Shown here: positions 55,475-64,000 of the stretch, one piece after another | Layout of the letters: every line of letters starts with the position of its first letter | How positions within the stretch are numbered: position 1 is the stretch's first letter | Source: a virus | Virus record (IMG/VR): IMGVR_UViG_3300046810_000466 | Location: 21,169 to 85,168 of that record | Length of the DNA: 64,000 nucleotides | Strand: one strand, 5' to 3' | Notes under the pieces: model-generated | Told to the model about the DNA's origin: nothing | What the model saw: only the letters and a program-made list of their open reading frames with translations | Database searches by the model: none | Position numbers and translations under genes: made by a program

Positions 55475-56929
55475 TTAGGAGTGCATCTGTTTACTGAGCA
55501 TCAGCGGACCGCCCAGTTCGGACAGCATTTCCACGGCGTTTACGTTTGGCACCATACGCAGGGGATGTGGCGTGATACCGCTACGCGACAACGTTTGCAG
55601 GATAGGCATCGGCACAGGACCTTCCTCGAACTCAGTTTGCATCAGGAAGTGTGTCGAATACTCCGAACGAGAATTCCGGATCACCACATCCGCCAATTCT
55701 TGATCGGAGAAGCCGGCCGCAGGATGACGGATTACGACGAGATTAGCTGCCGTCAAGAACTTTTGGATCAGCTCCGTTGCAGTGTTAATGCGATCGTCAT
55801 CTGCTGCTTCTGGCGCATGCAGGAACACGGCGCCGACGTATTGCGCACATAAGTTTTCGTAAGGATGAATCGGCGATGCATTCGGGGTAATCCCAGCCGG
55901 GAAGTCAGGGCGCGCCGAATTCAACTCCACGAAGGTGTTACGCAAGAATTCCACCGAAGTGGGACGGTAGTCAATACCTTTGGCGTCCAGCGCTTTCCGC
56001 ATATCCGATACCGGCATAGACGGTGTCCTGTATTGCGCCTCCGACATGATCACGAAGTGACGGAACTTCGTATTAGGACTGGCTGCCGCTTGCGGCAGCT
56101 GCGCCCCGCAGAGTAAGCCAACTGGTTGAACAACAACATAACGTGTTGGCACGAACTGGTTCTCGAAGCTAGGGCCGCCGCCTAATACATGGATGCCGCC
56201 GCCTTCCAGGAATTTAACCAGCTCCGTCTGCGCTGCGTCGTCCTCGACAAACAGCTGGACCACCTCAACCTTCTTTGGTCCGAATTGTTGGTTGAACCCG
56301 GGACGAACAGGAACAGCGAAACGATTCAGATCTTGGTCATACGGCCATTGCCGGCTGCGACCAGAGAAAGTCTGGAAACCATATCCAGGATGGCCATTCC
56401 GCGACAATGTCGCGTAGGTGTCGTACGGAGGCAGCATTTGGATAGCGGTCTCCACGGTAGCCAGCGCCGTGCGCAGTTGGTTGTGCACCTGAGCGAGGTC
56501 AGTTTCCGTCTTAGGTTTGTAGTTTGGCACACCGCGCAGGAACCACTTAGTCACTGCTGAAATGAATGTATCCACAGCGTGCATGCGGTGGCTTGCACTC
56601 AATGGGATCGGAATGCAAATGACCGTTTCCTTGAGGTTGCTACGCTCAAACTGCTGGATGATTGCATCCCGGCTATATGCCGAATGCGGCATAGTGGAAT
56701 CGTAAACGATCAGGTGGATGGTCTCAGGATGATGCGAGTGATCTTCGATCCAAGCCAGCTCGGCACCGTTCGATGGCGCTTCATACGCCACCACAGTGCC
56801 GCCCCGATCTGCCAGTTCGTTGATCCATGCTTTAGCTTGCGGGGAACTTTCAATAAGAAGATCGGCGAATTGTTTGCCGATAAAGATTATGTTGAGTACT
56901 TTAATTGGGCGGGTTACAGATTTATTCAT
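55475..56929 (-). CDS. hypothetical protein (early)
   Basis: ~484 aa, AAGGA RBS, directly downstream of TATATTAC promoter. Confidence 0.65.
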   Translation of the reverse strand: MNKSVTRPIKVLNIIFIGKQFADLLIESSPQAKAWINELADRGGTVVAYEAPSNGAELAWIEDHSHHPETIHLIVYDSTMPHSAYSRDAIIQQFERSNLKETVICIPIPLSASHRMHAVDTFISAVTKWFLRGVPNYKPKTETDLAQVHNQLRTALATVETAIQMLPPYDTYATLSRNGHPGYGFQTFSGRSRQWPYDQDLNRFAVPVRPGFNQQFGPKKVEVVQLFVEDDAAQTELVKFLEGGGIHVLGGGPSFENQFVPTRYVVVQPVGLLCGAQLPQAAASPNTKFRHFVIMSEAQYRTPSMPVSDMRKALDAKGIDYRPTSVEFLRNTFVELNSARPDFPAGITPNASPIHPYENLCAQYVGAVFLHAPEAADDDRINTATELIQKFLTAANLVVIRHPAAGFSDQELADVVIRNSRSEYSTHFLMQTEFEEGPVPMPILQTLSRSGITPHPLRMVPNVNAVEMLSELGGPLMLSKQMHS

Positions 56930-57017
56930 GGTGATATCCTTTTTGTTCATTGTTAATAGTGGGAATCTCGTAGGTGGTCGAGACAGATGCTATGTGCTAT
57001 CGCTGCATCTCAGAATA

Positions 57018-57040
57018 GTAATATAGTCTCGTAAAAAATT
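57018..57040 (-). promoter_or_regulatory. phiKZ-type early promoter (TATATTAC)
   Basis: AATTTTTTACGAGACTATATTAC; exact match to the phiKZ early core. Confidence 0.72.
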
Positions 57041-57050
57041 AGGAGCTTTC

Positions 57051-57860
57051 ATGAACCCGATCACCAAGGCGTTGGATGAGGTGCTGTTCCGCATCCCCCG
57101 CGAGATCTTGAATGTGGTATTCATCAACCCCTACCAACAGTACCGGGATATGCCATCCGATCTCAAGGAGCGCATTAACTTCCAGGTCATGACGCCGCGT
57201 GTGTTGGTCGACTGTAATCTGGTCGGCGGGGTTGAAGTACGGATTCCTTTGGACGATGTGCCAAGCGAAACCGTGGACGGTGGTTATACAACTGTCTTCC
57301 GCATTCCCAAGAGTAAGACCAATGGCCGCTCTATCTCGGCTGCATTCGATGTCACCTACGGCAATCTGTACAACACGCAGTCCGGTTATGGTGCACATTC
57401 CTACGGTCGCACTAGCCCTGTGCTGTCGGCCACTGCGAGTGTGATGGAAGCCCAACTGCGTACGCCGTACGTTGGCAGCGCTCGTGTGGAACTGGTTGGC
57501 GAGAACGTGGTCATGATTCAGGATTCAATCATCCTGCCTCAGAACCTGTACCTGCGTTGCTCTCTGGAAAACGACAGCACTTTGTCAAACATCCGAGTAC
57601 GTAGCTATCCCGTGTTCTCCCGTCTGGTAGAGTTGGCCGTCAAATCCTACATCTACAACAACTACATCATCAAACTCGACATGGGCGAGCTGCGTGGTGG
57701 TGTGCAAGTAGGGCGCTTCAAAGAAATCGTCGATAGCTATGCCGATGCTGAAACGATGTACCAGGAACACTTGACCGAGAAATGGGCGAAGGTTGCGTTC
57801 ATGAACGATCAAGAATCCATGCACCGTTTCACTTCGATGTTGATTGGCGGTTCTCGCTAA
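57051..57860 (+). CDS. conserved chimallivirus virion protein
   Basis: 269 aa, AGGAG RBS; 'FRIPREIL', 'RVLVDCNLVGG', 'LAVKSYIYN', 'VDSYADA'. Confidence 0.7.
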   Translation: MNPITKALDEVLFRIPREILNVVFINPYQQYRDMPSDLKERINFQVMTPRVLVDCNLVGGVEVRIPLDDVPSETVDGGYTTVFRIPKSKTNGRSISAAFDVTYGNLYNTQSGYGAHSYGRTSPVLSATASVMEAQLRTPYVGSARVELVGENVVMIQDSIILPQNLYLRCSLENDSTLSNIRVRSYPVFSRLVELAVKSYIYNNYIIKLDMGELRGGVQVGRFKEIVDSYADAETMYQEHLTEKWAKVAFMNDQESMHRFTSMLIGGSR

Positions 57861-57925
57861 CAAAAAAAAGAAACAGCATACATCCCTCACCCCGCCCGTA
57901 AGGGTAGGGTGAGGGGCTATGTCGT
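57861..57925. terminator. bidirectional hairpin flanked by ACAGCATA / TATGTCGT
   Basis: CCCTCACCC..GGGTGAGGG stem between convergent genes. Confidence 0.7.
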
Positions 57926-58140
57926 TATCGCAGATGATGCAGTGGATCACGCGTGGTGGCGAAATGATCTTGCTCGAGCTTCTTTACAACTTCCACGGCT
58001 TCTGCTGATGAGCAGTGTGCCGCTTTCATGTAGTGGGTATGTGCATCAGCCATACACTTCTCGAGAAGGATCTTCTTCGTCTCCTCCAGAATCTTGGCAT
58101 GTTCGTCGGCTTTCACCTTGCCTTTGTATGGATTCGTCAT
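57925..58140 (-). CDS. small hypothetical protein
   Basis: 71 aa, follows upstream stop by 5 nt. Confidence 0.55.
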   Translation of the reverse strand: MTNPYKGKVKADEHAKILEETKKILLEKCMADAHTHYMKAAHCSSAEAVEVVKKLEQDHFATTRDPLHHLR

Positions 58141-58145
58141 GGCGT

Positions 58146-58751
58146 CTACGACGGGACCGCGACTTCTTCAGCTTCTTTCTTCTGAGCTGGCTTAGGTTTG
58201 TTGCGCACCATGATTTCACGTGGCGGCAAACCATCGCCCAGCGCGACGCCGGCCTTCTTGTCGATGGCGACTTGTTCAGTCAGGTCAGCTTTGAAGGTAG
58301 GGCTGAAGACCCAATCCAGCAGACGACCTTCGCAGTCCGACAGATTAATTGGATCGTTCTTGCGGTTGAAGAAGCGCATGGCTGCCATCATGAAGCTGCG
58401 GCCAGCATGCAGGCGCGGCAAGGTGCTGTAGCGTGTGCTGCCGACTTGGAGGTAGTCGTGCTCGCGACCGAACATGACGATCAAACCGTATTGCGTGCCA
58501 CGCATCAGGATGATGTTGTTGGCATGGGCCAGCTTTGGATTCGGGTGGATCGAACGTGAGATGGCGAACTCGTTGGGATTGAGGATCACCCGCACGTTGG
58601 GATGAATGATAGCCGGCATGAAGTTTATCTCGCCATGGACAACACGTCGCTCATGATCCATGAACAAAGGGTTGTACTTGATTTGCTTTTTGGTGGCGAT
58701 AGCGGTTTCCAGGAAACCTGCGACGATTCGTTGACTGTCGATATTCTTCAT
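58146..58751 (-). CDS. hypothetical protein
   Basis: 201 aa, AAGGA RBS. Confidence 0.65.
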   Translation of the reverse strand: MKNIDSQRIVAGFLETAIATKKQIKYNPLFMDHERRVVHGEINFMPAIIHPNVRVILNPNEFAISRSIHPNPKLAHANNIILMRGTQYGLIVMFGREHDYLQVGSTRYSTLPRLHAGRSFMMAAMRFFNRKNDPINLSDCEGRLLDWVFSPTFKADLTEQVAIDKKAGVALGDGLPPREIMVRNKPKPAQKKEAEEVAVPS

Positions 58752-58847
58752 GACGCATCCTTTACAAGAAACATTGATTAATTGGTTACCAAGACATGGT
58801 ATTCACTCCCATGAATATTTTTTCCTGGTAACCAGCATTGTCGATAC

Positions 58848-59522
58848 TTAGTAGTGCTTTTCTCCGTTCTTGATGAAGTAGGTGTTGATCGAGTGGGGAT
58901 AATGTTCGTCGCCCAAAAACAAACGAAGAAGGTCTTCGCTGTTTACTGTGGTTTCGTCCTGGAACACAATGCGGCCAAAACGCTGTTCCTGGTCACCGCT
59001 CGTACGTGTGATAAAGTACCCGATCTCATCTACGTCATAAGTGATGAGTATTCCAATTGTAGCAACTGGAATCGTGCCGTCGTCGTTTAGACGTAGGCTC
59101 AGGTAGATGTGTCCGTACTTGGTGCCGATGGCTGTGATCTGCCAAAGACGAGGACCTTCCGGACTGTTGAACATCTTCCGGTACGTCTGGATTTGATTCT
59201 CGTCACGTGGACGTGGGTCGAAGTCTGTCATGTGGTCCACGTGCAACTGCTGCAGATACTTGTTCAGAAGCAGCTCTGCAAGGATGTAATCTGGCGAACG
59301 CACGAACAACGGACGCAGCATGGTGTTGTACTGGTCGATCGAGAGTTCTTCACTCAGGTTGTTCTTGTACATGGTCGTGGCGCTGACATGAAGGTTGGGC
59401 GGAGGTGGCGGAGCTTCTTTATCCGTCACAGGTTTTGGTGCAGAGACAACGGGCTGTTGTACTGGAGAGGAATGATTCTTCGCCAGCAAAAGCAACACTG
59501 TGGCAATCACAGTAGTTAACAT
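58848..59522 (-). CDS. hypothetical protein with N-terminal membrane anchor/signal and Pro-rich linker
   Basis: 224 aa, AAGGAG RBS; 'MLTTVIATVLLLLA', 'APPPPPN'. Confidence 0.65.
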   Translation of the reverse strand: MLTTVIATVLLLLAKNHSSPVQQPVVSAPKPVTDKEAPPPPPNLHVSATTMYKNNLSEELSIDQYNTMLRPLFVRSPDYILAELLLNKYLQQLHVDHMTDFDPRPRDENQIQTYRKMFNSPEGPRLWQITAIGTKYGHIYLSLRLNDDGTIPVATIGILITYDVDEIGYFITRTSGDQEQRFGRIVFQDETTVNSEDLLRLFLGDEHYPHSINTYFIKNGEKHY

Positions 59523-59534
59523 GGTAGCTCCTTA

Positions 59535-59570
59535 GCGTTATAGGTAAATCTCAGCACTTACCTATAACGC
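59535..59570 (-). terminator. 13-bp hairpin
   Basis: GCGTTATAGGTAA..TTACCTATAACGC. Confidence 0.55.
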
Positions 59571-59588
59571 CAATAAATGGCATCTAGG

Positions 59589-59816
59589 TTATTCGTCGAG
59601 ATTAAGATCATAGCGAACAGCAAGTTTCTTCAATTCAGCTATCGCTTCGTAGATGATTTCAGGATTAGTGGAGATATTGCTTTGATCAAACCACATAGTT
59701 ACCTCGTGGATAGCATCTTCCGTTTTCACGGTCTCAAATAACTTGAGCGCAATTTTTAGCGCCTGCTTTCGTATTACAAGCAAGTCAATTTGTTGTTTTA
59801 GTTCCTTCGATGTCAC
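59589..59816 (-). CDS. small AT-rich hypothetical protein
   Basis: GTG start after AAGGA; ~75 aa helical ORF. Confidence 0.5.
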   Translation of the reverse strand: MTSKELKQQIDLLVIRKQALKIALKLFETVKTEDAIHEVTMWFDQSNISTNPEIIYEAIAELKKLAVRYDLNLDE

Positions 59817-59830
59817 AACTTTCCTTTCTA

Positions 59831-59887
59831 TAAAAAAGGAAACGGCATACAGCACATGGGACCAGGTCTCCCCAGTCCCATGTGCTG
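59831..59887 (-). terminator. hairpin followed by TATGCCGT and T-run
   Basis: CAGCACATGGGAC..GTCCCATGTGCTG 13-bp stem. Confidence 0.72.
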
Positions 59888-59986
59888 CAATGGTTTTAGA
59901 AGTTCCCTTTCGCCCAATTAGCGATCAGGATCAGACTAACTGCGCCTAATGCCGACAGAATGACCTCTGTCGTGGATGGGAACAGG

Positions 59987-60694
59987 CTATGCTGCGATTG
60001 CTGCGGTGACTGGCTGGCTTTCATTAACTACCTCCGCGGTTTTAACGAACAGGTTTTTAACCCAGGTGTATGCTGCCACGGCGTAGCCTTTGATTGCGCC
60101 CACTACTTTGACCACCACGTCACCGATCTTGGTGAAGATGGGGGTCGATGGCGCATCGTTGGACGTCGACGGCAGTTGATCGGCCGTGATGTCAGCAGCG
60201 CCCGATACAGACGATACAACAGCTGCGGTATTTTTAGCGCGTGCAAAATACACGCTCATACCAGCAATGACACCGACGACGATGGCGAAGCCGCTCCAGA
60301 ACTTCTTCGGATTGGCGCGACGGAACAGGTTGAAGCGCTGCCACAGCGACAGCTTTGCTGCGTTGATTTCCGCTGCAGCAGCAGCGTAACTGTCAGCCAG
60401 CGAGGCGTTCATGTTGGCGTCGATCTGTTCCAGGTTGTTCAGCATTGCACGGCCGACACCGCCGGTCGCTTCTGCGGCTGCATCGCCTGCTGGTGCTTGA
60501 CCGTCGACGTCGTTCAGCTCGACGTAGGTCATGCCGACGGCGCCCATCAGGTCAGCCAGTTCCTTTTCCAAGACTGGGCGATCTTCTGGTGCCGCGGCAC
60601 GGATCTTCTCACCCAGGGCGTTGACCTCGGCTTTAACGATTTTCATCGCGTTAGCCACTTGCTGGGCGTTGGTGTTTTTGTTGACTTTCGACAT
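59987..60694 (-). CDS. putative membrane protein
   Basis: Start MSKVN with AAGGA RBS; TM 'FWSGFAIVVGVIAGMSVYFA' and C-terminal amphipathic helix. Confidence 0.65.
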   Translation of the reverse strand: MSKVNKNTNAQQVANAMKIVKAEVNALGEKIRAAAPEDRPVLEKELADLMGAVGMTYVELNDVDGQAPAGDAAAEATGGVGRAMLNNLEQIDANMNASLADSYAAAAAEINAAKLSLWQRFNLFRRANPKKFWSGFAIVVGVIAGMSVYFARAKNTAAVVSSVSGAADITADQLPSTSNDAPSTPIFTKIGDVVVKVVGAIKGYAVAAYTWVKNLFVKTAEVVNESQPVTAAIAA

Positions 60695-60759
60695 GATAGA
60701 TTTCCTTTGTTTGATTTGTACGATTAACTGATTGTGCTGGAAGGTGTGGGTTGGCGGGT

Positions 60760-61119
60760 TCACGATGCCACGGAAGCACCCTTAGCCGAAGGCGAGAACT
60801 TGCTGATGACCCAGATCACGACAGCGGTGGCGATCAGGTATGGCAGCATAGCGAAGAAGCCGGACACGATCGAGGTCAGCAGCCAGATGGCGACTACCAT
60901 GCCGATGACGTTCAGCATTGCATCACCCAGGTAAGCCAGCGGCGAACCAGGCGACACGATAGTCTTCTCTTTGCCTTCCATATTGACGGTGCCGCCAACG
61001 AAAGTAGCACGGTTCGAGACCATGTCGTCAGCTTGCGTAGCCGACGATTTCCAGCTGGTTGGCTGCAGGCGCAGCAGGTTAGCGATGAAGACAGCCAGAG
61101 TGTTTGCGAACTTTTTCAT
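60760..61119 (-). CDS. small membrane protein
   Basis: 119 aa, two hydrophobic helices, AAGGT RBS. Confidence 0.65.
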   Translation of the reverse strand: MKKFANTLAVFIANLLRLQPTSWKSSATQADDMVSNRATFVGGTVNMEGKEKTIVSPGSPLAYLGDAMLNVIGMVVAIWLLTSIVSGFFAMLPYLIATAVVIWVISKFSPSAKGASVAS

Positions 61120-61137
61120 GATGTATTACCTTTCGAA

Positions 61138-61416
61138 TTATTCAACTGCGTAGAAGACGGTTTGGACACCCACCAAGATGAGGTCCGCCAGGAACATGTA
61201 AGCGATGGTGGCCGGGACGCCGATGCTGCCAGTAGCGCACAGCAAGAACGATACCCAGACCAACAAGCGCCAAGTCGCGAAACCAAGCTGACCAACCGTG
61301 ATAGGTTCGCCTTGCATGGTTTTCTTTACGACGTTAGTCAGCGGAGCAGTAAGTGCCCTGACCATAATCGTTGCAGCCAAAAACAGTTTACGGATTAATG
61401 CTATTGCCTTTTTCAT
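61138..61416 (-). CDS. small membrane protein
   Basis: Start MKKAI with GAGG RBS; two hydrophobic helices. Confidence 0.65.
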   Translation of the reverse strand: MKKAIALIRKLFLAATIMVRALTAPLTNVVKKTMQGEPITVGQLGFATWRLLVWVSFLLCATGSIGVPATIAYMFLADLILVGVQTVFYAVE

Positions 61417-61452
61417 TTCAGCCTCTGAGAGTGAGCTTTCGCCCACGCCCAG

Positions 61453-61725
61453 TTAGGCGTAGGCGTTAGCGGTATGTTGGAAGATGCTTGCGATGGTATC
61501 GATCACGTCGTACGTCACCATGACCCGCAGCAAACCGATGATCATCGCTGCTCCTGGGAAGAAGACGCCGAAGATGATGAGTCCGGTGTAGGTCAGGACA
61601 CGACCGATGAACCCTTTGTCGGTACTGTCGACGCGACTGTTCCGGGTATTGTGGTACAGCCGCACCGCGCCACCGATGGTGGTACGATAAACAGCAGCAC
61701 CCAGTTTTTTCAGGAAGTCGAGCAT
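61453..61725 (-). CDS. small membrane protein
   Basis: Start MLDFL with AAGGAGG RBS; hydrophobic hairpin. Confidence 0.65.
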   Translation of the reverse strand: MLDFLKKLGAAVYRTTIGGAVRLYHNTRNSRVDSTDKGFIGRVLTYTGLIIFGVFFPGAAMIIGLLRVMVTYDVIDTIASIFQHTANAYA

Positions 61726-61735
61726 GTCGTCCTCC

Positions 61736-62095
61736 TTATACTGCCAACGGCTGTTCAGCCGATGCAACATGATCGCCAGCTGTTTTGTCCATACCAGCAT
61801 CCATCGCGTCAACCGTGGCGCTTGCAAAAGCAAACATGCCGCCGATCGCTACCATGCCAATGATGGCCAGCACAACACCGGCGATAATGCCACCGAAGAT
61901 CCAGACCCAGGCCGTGATGACGACCGCTTTAGGAATGGCGAAGAAGAACGAACCGATGATGATCGCACGGGAAGCGATCTCGCCGAGGTTGAAGATGTTT
62001 TGGAAAGCCGTCATGGTGCGGCAATCCTTCAGGCGGATTACTGGTCCGAGAACCAGGTCAACGATACCAAAGAAAAGGTTTTTCAGAAAAGACAT
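61736..62095 (-). CDS. small membrane protein
   Basis: 119 aa, AAGGAG RBS; long hydrophobic stretch. Confidence 0.65.
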   Translation of the reverse strand: MSFLKNLFFGIVDLVLGPVIRLKDCRTMTAFQNIFNLGEIASRAIIIGSFFFAIPKAVVITAWVWIFGGIIAGVVLAIIGMVAIGGMFAFASATVDAMDAGMDKTAGDHVASAEQPLAV

Positions 62096-62126
62096 GGTAA
62101 TGCTCCTTCGTGGTAAAAAGATTGAA

Positions 62127-62465
62127 TTAATAAGCCGGGATTGGTGCTGACAGGTCGATGATGTAGAACATCCAGAAGCACGAGAAAAATACCGCGAACA
62201 GATTGGCGACGGCGATGCCGAGGAACGGCGCCAGCAGATACGTCAGCGCTGCAGCAACCAAGACTTCAGCAATGCAGGTGCCGAGGCAAACGCCTATCAA
62301 GATCATCAGGCCGGTCATGCCGACGAAGAGACTCTTGAAGGTCATTGGTTTATCGTCGTTGCCGAAGGTTTGAATCATCAGGCCAGTGGAGTATTCAATT
62401 GCTTGGCGCAGTTTTTTAGCCAGATAACGGCTCACTGCTTTGAACATGTTTTTAATCGATTCCAT
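62127..62465 (-). CDS. small membrane protein
   Basis: 112 aa, AAGGA RBS; hydrophobic C-half. Confidence 0.65.
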   Translation of the reverse strand: MESIKNMFKAVSRYLAKKLRQAIEYSTGLMIQTFGNDDKPMTFKSLFVGMTGLMILIGVCLGTCIAEVLVAAALTYLLAPFLGIAVANLFAVFFSCFWMFYIIDLSAPIPAY

Positions 62466-62512
62466 GATAGTTCCTTGTTGTTAATTGTTAGTGTGGAATA
62501 GCAGGTTTGTAA

Positions 62513-62875
62513 TTAAGCTACAGCAACTTCGACTTCAACTTCGACTTCAAATACGCGACCAATGATGTCCAGCTCGAAGAAGATGATAGCGATTGCAGCG
62601 ACCAGTTCAGCGAACCAGGCAGCCAGGAAGATGCTCAGCGCCGAAGTCAGCACAAGGGCCAAGATAGCCACGGTGTAGACCAGGGTCAGGAAAGTGATTA
62701 CGCACAGACCGATCATGCAGATCAGACGCACCCAGTTGTTCTTGGTGAGCTTTTCGCCGGACTTCAGTTTGGTCGTAACCGGCTTCATTTCCGAATTCAG
62801 CCACGAGAAAACGGCCGACAGTTTAGCAGCGATAGCGTTGACGATGGTGTTGTACAGCGATTTGATATGGTTCAT
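62513..62875 (-). CDS. small membrane protein
   Basis: 120 aa, AAGGAG RBS; hydrophobic C-half and (VE)n tail. Confidence 0.65.
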   Translation of the reverse strand: MNHIKSLYNTIVNAIAAKLSAVFSWLNSEMKPVTTKLKSGEKLTKNNWVRLICMIGLCVITFLTLVYTVAILALVLTSALSIFLAAWFAELVAAIAIIFFELDIIGRVFEVEVEVEVAVA

Positions 62876-62935
62876 GGTAAGCTCCTTGAGAAATTAGTTA
62901 TGGATTAGAGTGCATCTCTTTTCCTATTCACCACT

Positions 62936-62958
62936 GGAATATAGACTTGAGATTTTCT
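62936..62958 (-). promoter_or_regulatory. early-promoter variant (TATATTCC)
   Basis: AGAAAATCTCAAGTCTATATTCC ~60 nt upstream of the membrane-protein operon. Confidence 0.55.
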
Positions 62959-62970
62959 ATTGCAATACTG

Positions 62971-63017
62971 AAACAGGCACATTGGAGAGAAGCCGAAGCC
63001 TCTCCCCGATATGTCCG
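62971..63017 (-). terminator. gene-end hairpin
   Basis: GGAGAG..CTCTCC stem immediately after the stop at 63018. Confidence 0.5.
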
Positions 63018-63779
63018 TTAGAAGAACTCAGGTGGTTTGGTTTCCCATTCACCGTTGGCTTCTTGGAACGCAGTCAAGCGTTTCGCAATCTCTTCGTAAG
63101 TACCACGAAGAATGAGTGTGTTGTTCGGATACGACATCAGCGAAGCTTCGCCATGTTCCGTAGCCGGAAAACTTTCACGTCCATTAGCCCAGACGCGCGG
63201 GATAATGATCGCGATCTCGGCGGTGTCGTGGGACACAGACACGCTGCCAGACCCTTCGCCAATGACGGGGACGAATTCCACTGCTGGTTTACCAATAGGC
63301 TTGCTCGCCATGTGCTGCATTACCAGGTCAATGATATTCTTGGAGTAAGCTTCGAATGGACAGATATACTCATCTTCATCGAAACTGTCGTTGCCATCGT
63401 CGTCCAACTCACGAGCGATGTCGTCGTTCTGTTTCTGACGGCAGCCACTGCAGCACAGATACACAGGACCTGACGAACCTTCGTCGAAGTCACGCGTCTC
63501 CTTCAAAGGGAAAGGCCCTTTCTTGCACCAATCACACGCGCCATGCATGTAACCACCAGGTTCGCGTTCTTTCTCAACCGCTTCTTGCATTTCCTTGTAG
63601 CAGCATTCGCACAAGTCAATCATTTCACTACCGAAGCTATCCGTCTCCCCTTGCACGCGTCGCGTAGCACTTACGGGGAACAGATGCTTGTCGTAGTAAA
63701 AGTTATCGCAGATCGTTCCGTTAGGAACTTCGCGCACCGAACCTGGCAGGGTAGAGATAGGACCAGTTACGTCAGCCAT
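63018..63779 (-). CDS. Cys-rich putative zinc-binding protein
   Basis: 253 aa, AAGGAG RBS; 'CD..', 'LCECC', 'CDWC', 'CCSGC'. Confidence 0.65.
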   Translation of the reverse strand: MADVTGPISTLPGSVREVPNGTICDNFYYDKHLFPVSATRRVQGETDSFGSEMIDLCECCYKEMQEAVEKEREPGGYMHGACDWCKKGPFPLKETRDFDEGSSGPVYLCCSGCRQKQNDDIARELDDDGNDSFDEDEYICPFEAYSKNIIDLVMQHMASKPIGKPAVEFVPVIGEGSGSVSVSHDTAEIAIIIPRVWANGRESFPATEHGEASLMSYPNNTLILRGTYEEIAKRLTAFQEANGEWETKPPEFF

Positions 63780-63863
63780 GATAAAACTCCTTGTTGTTAA
63801 TTGTTGGTGAGAGATAGAACAGATACATCCGTAAGGGCTGTTACACCCTTACAGCTAAACCCG

Positions 63864-64000
63864 TTACTTCTTACCCTGCTCTTTCTCCCGCTTCGTTTTC
63901 TCGTAAGTATCACCAAACGCCTTGTTGAAGGCGCCGCGATCTATAGCAAGCTGATCTGCAAGATTTTTCATCCATCCTGCAGGGAAACCACGGGTTGTTA
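63864..64000 (-). CDS. hypothetical protein, C-terminal fragment (runs off right edge)
   Basis: Open frame ...TTRGFPAGWMKNLADQLAIDRGAFNKAFGDTYEKTKREKEQGKK* followed by a hairpin at 63831-63852. Confidence 0.55.
   Translation of the reverse strand, partial: TTRGFPAGWMKNLADQLAIDRGAFNKAFGDTYEKTKREKEQGKK

Noticed and set aside
729-59887. Hairpin elements as CRISPR repeats or REP/MITE mobile elements
   Set aside because: Stem sequences differ from one another, are dispersed singly at gene ends and lack spacers or target duplications; only the short flanking motif is shared
62520-62550. Short tandem repeat ACTTCG/ACTTCA
   Set aside because: Just encodes a (VE)n tail at the end of a membrane protein; too short to imply a separate element

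Overview
This window is part of a nucleus-forming phiKZ-like jumbo phage genome (Chimalliviridae). It carries the conserved core block: chimallin (nuclear shell), PhuZ tubulin, PicA/ChmC-position genes, split multisubunit non-virion and virion RNA polymerase subunits, a split family-B DNA polymerase, an SF2 helicase, an SbcD-like nuclease, baseplate/tail genes and a paralogous family of processed head proteins. phiKZ gp equivalents are assigned from motifs plus remembered synteny, not from a database search. Six observations stand out. (1) A T_TTT_TTC slippery site with an open -1 frame joins the 549-aa ORF at 21394 to the ORF ending at 23516, a G/GT-style tail-chaperone frameshift. (2) About 15 gene-end hairpins are followed on the terminating strand by a TATG(C/A)CGT-type motif, often without a U-tract. 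(3) Two to three ~300-nt structured intergenic regions are candidate ncRNAs. (4) The catalytic nvRNAP subunit may start at a non-canonical ATA codon. (5) There are two tandem arrays of apparent paralogs, one soluble and one of small membrane proteins behind an early-type promoter. (6) A DarG-like macrodomain gene is inserted in the core block. No tRNA, CRISPR array, intron or mobile element was recognised.
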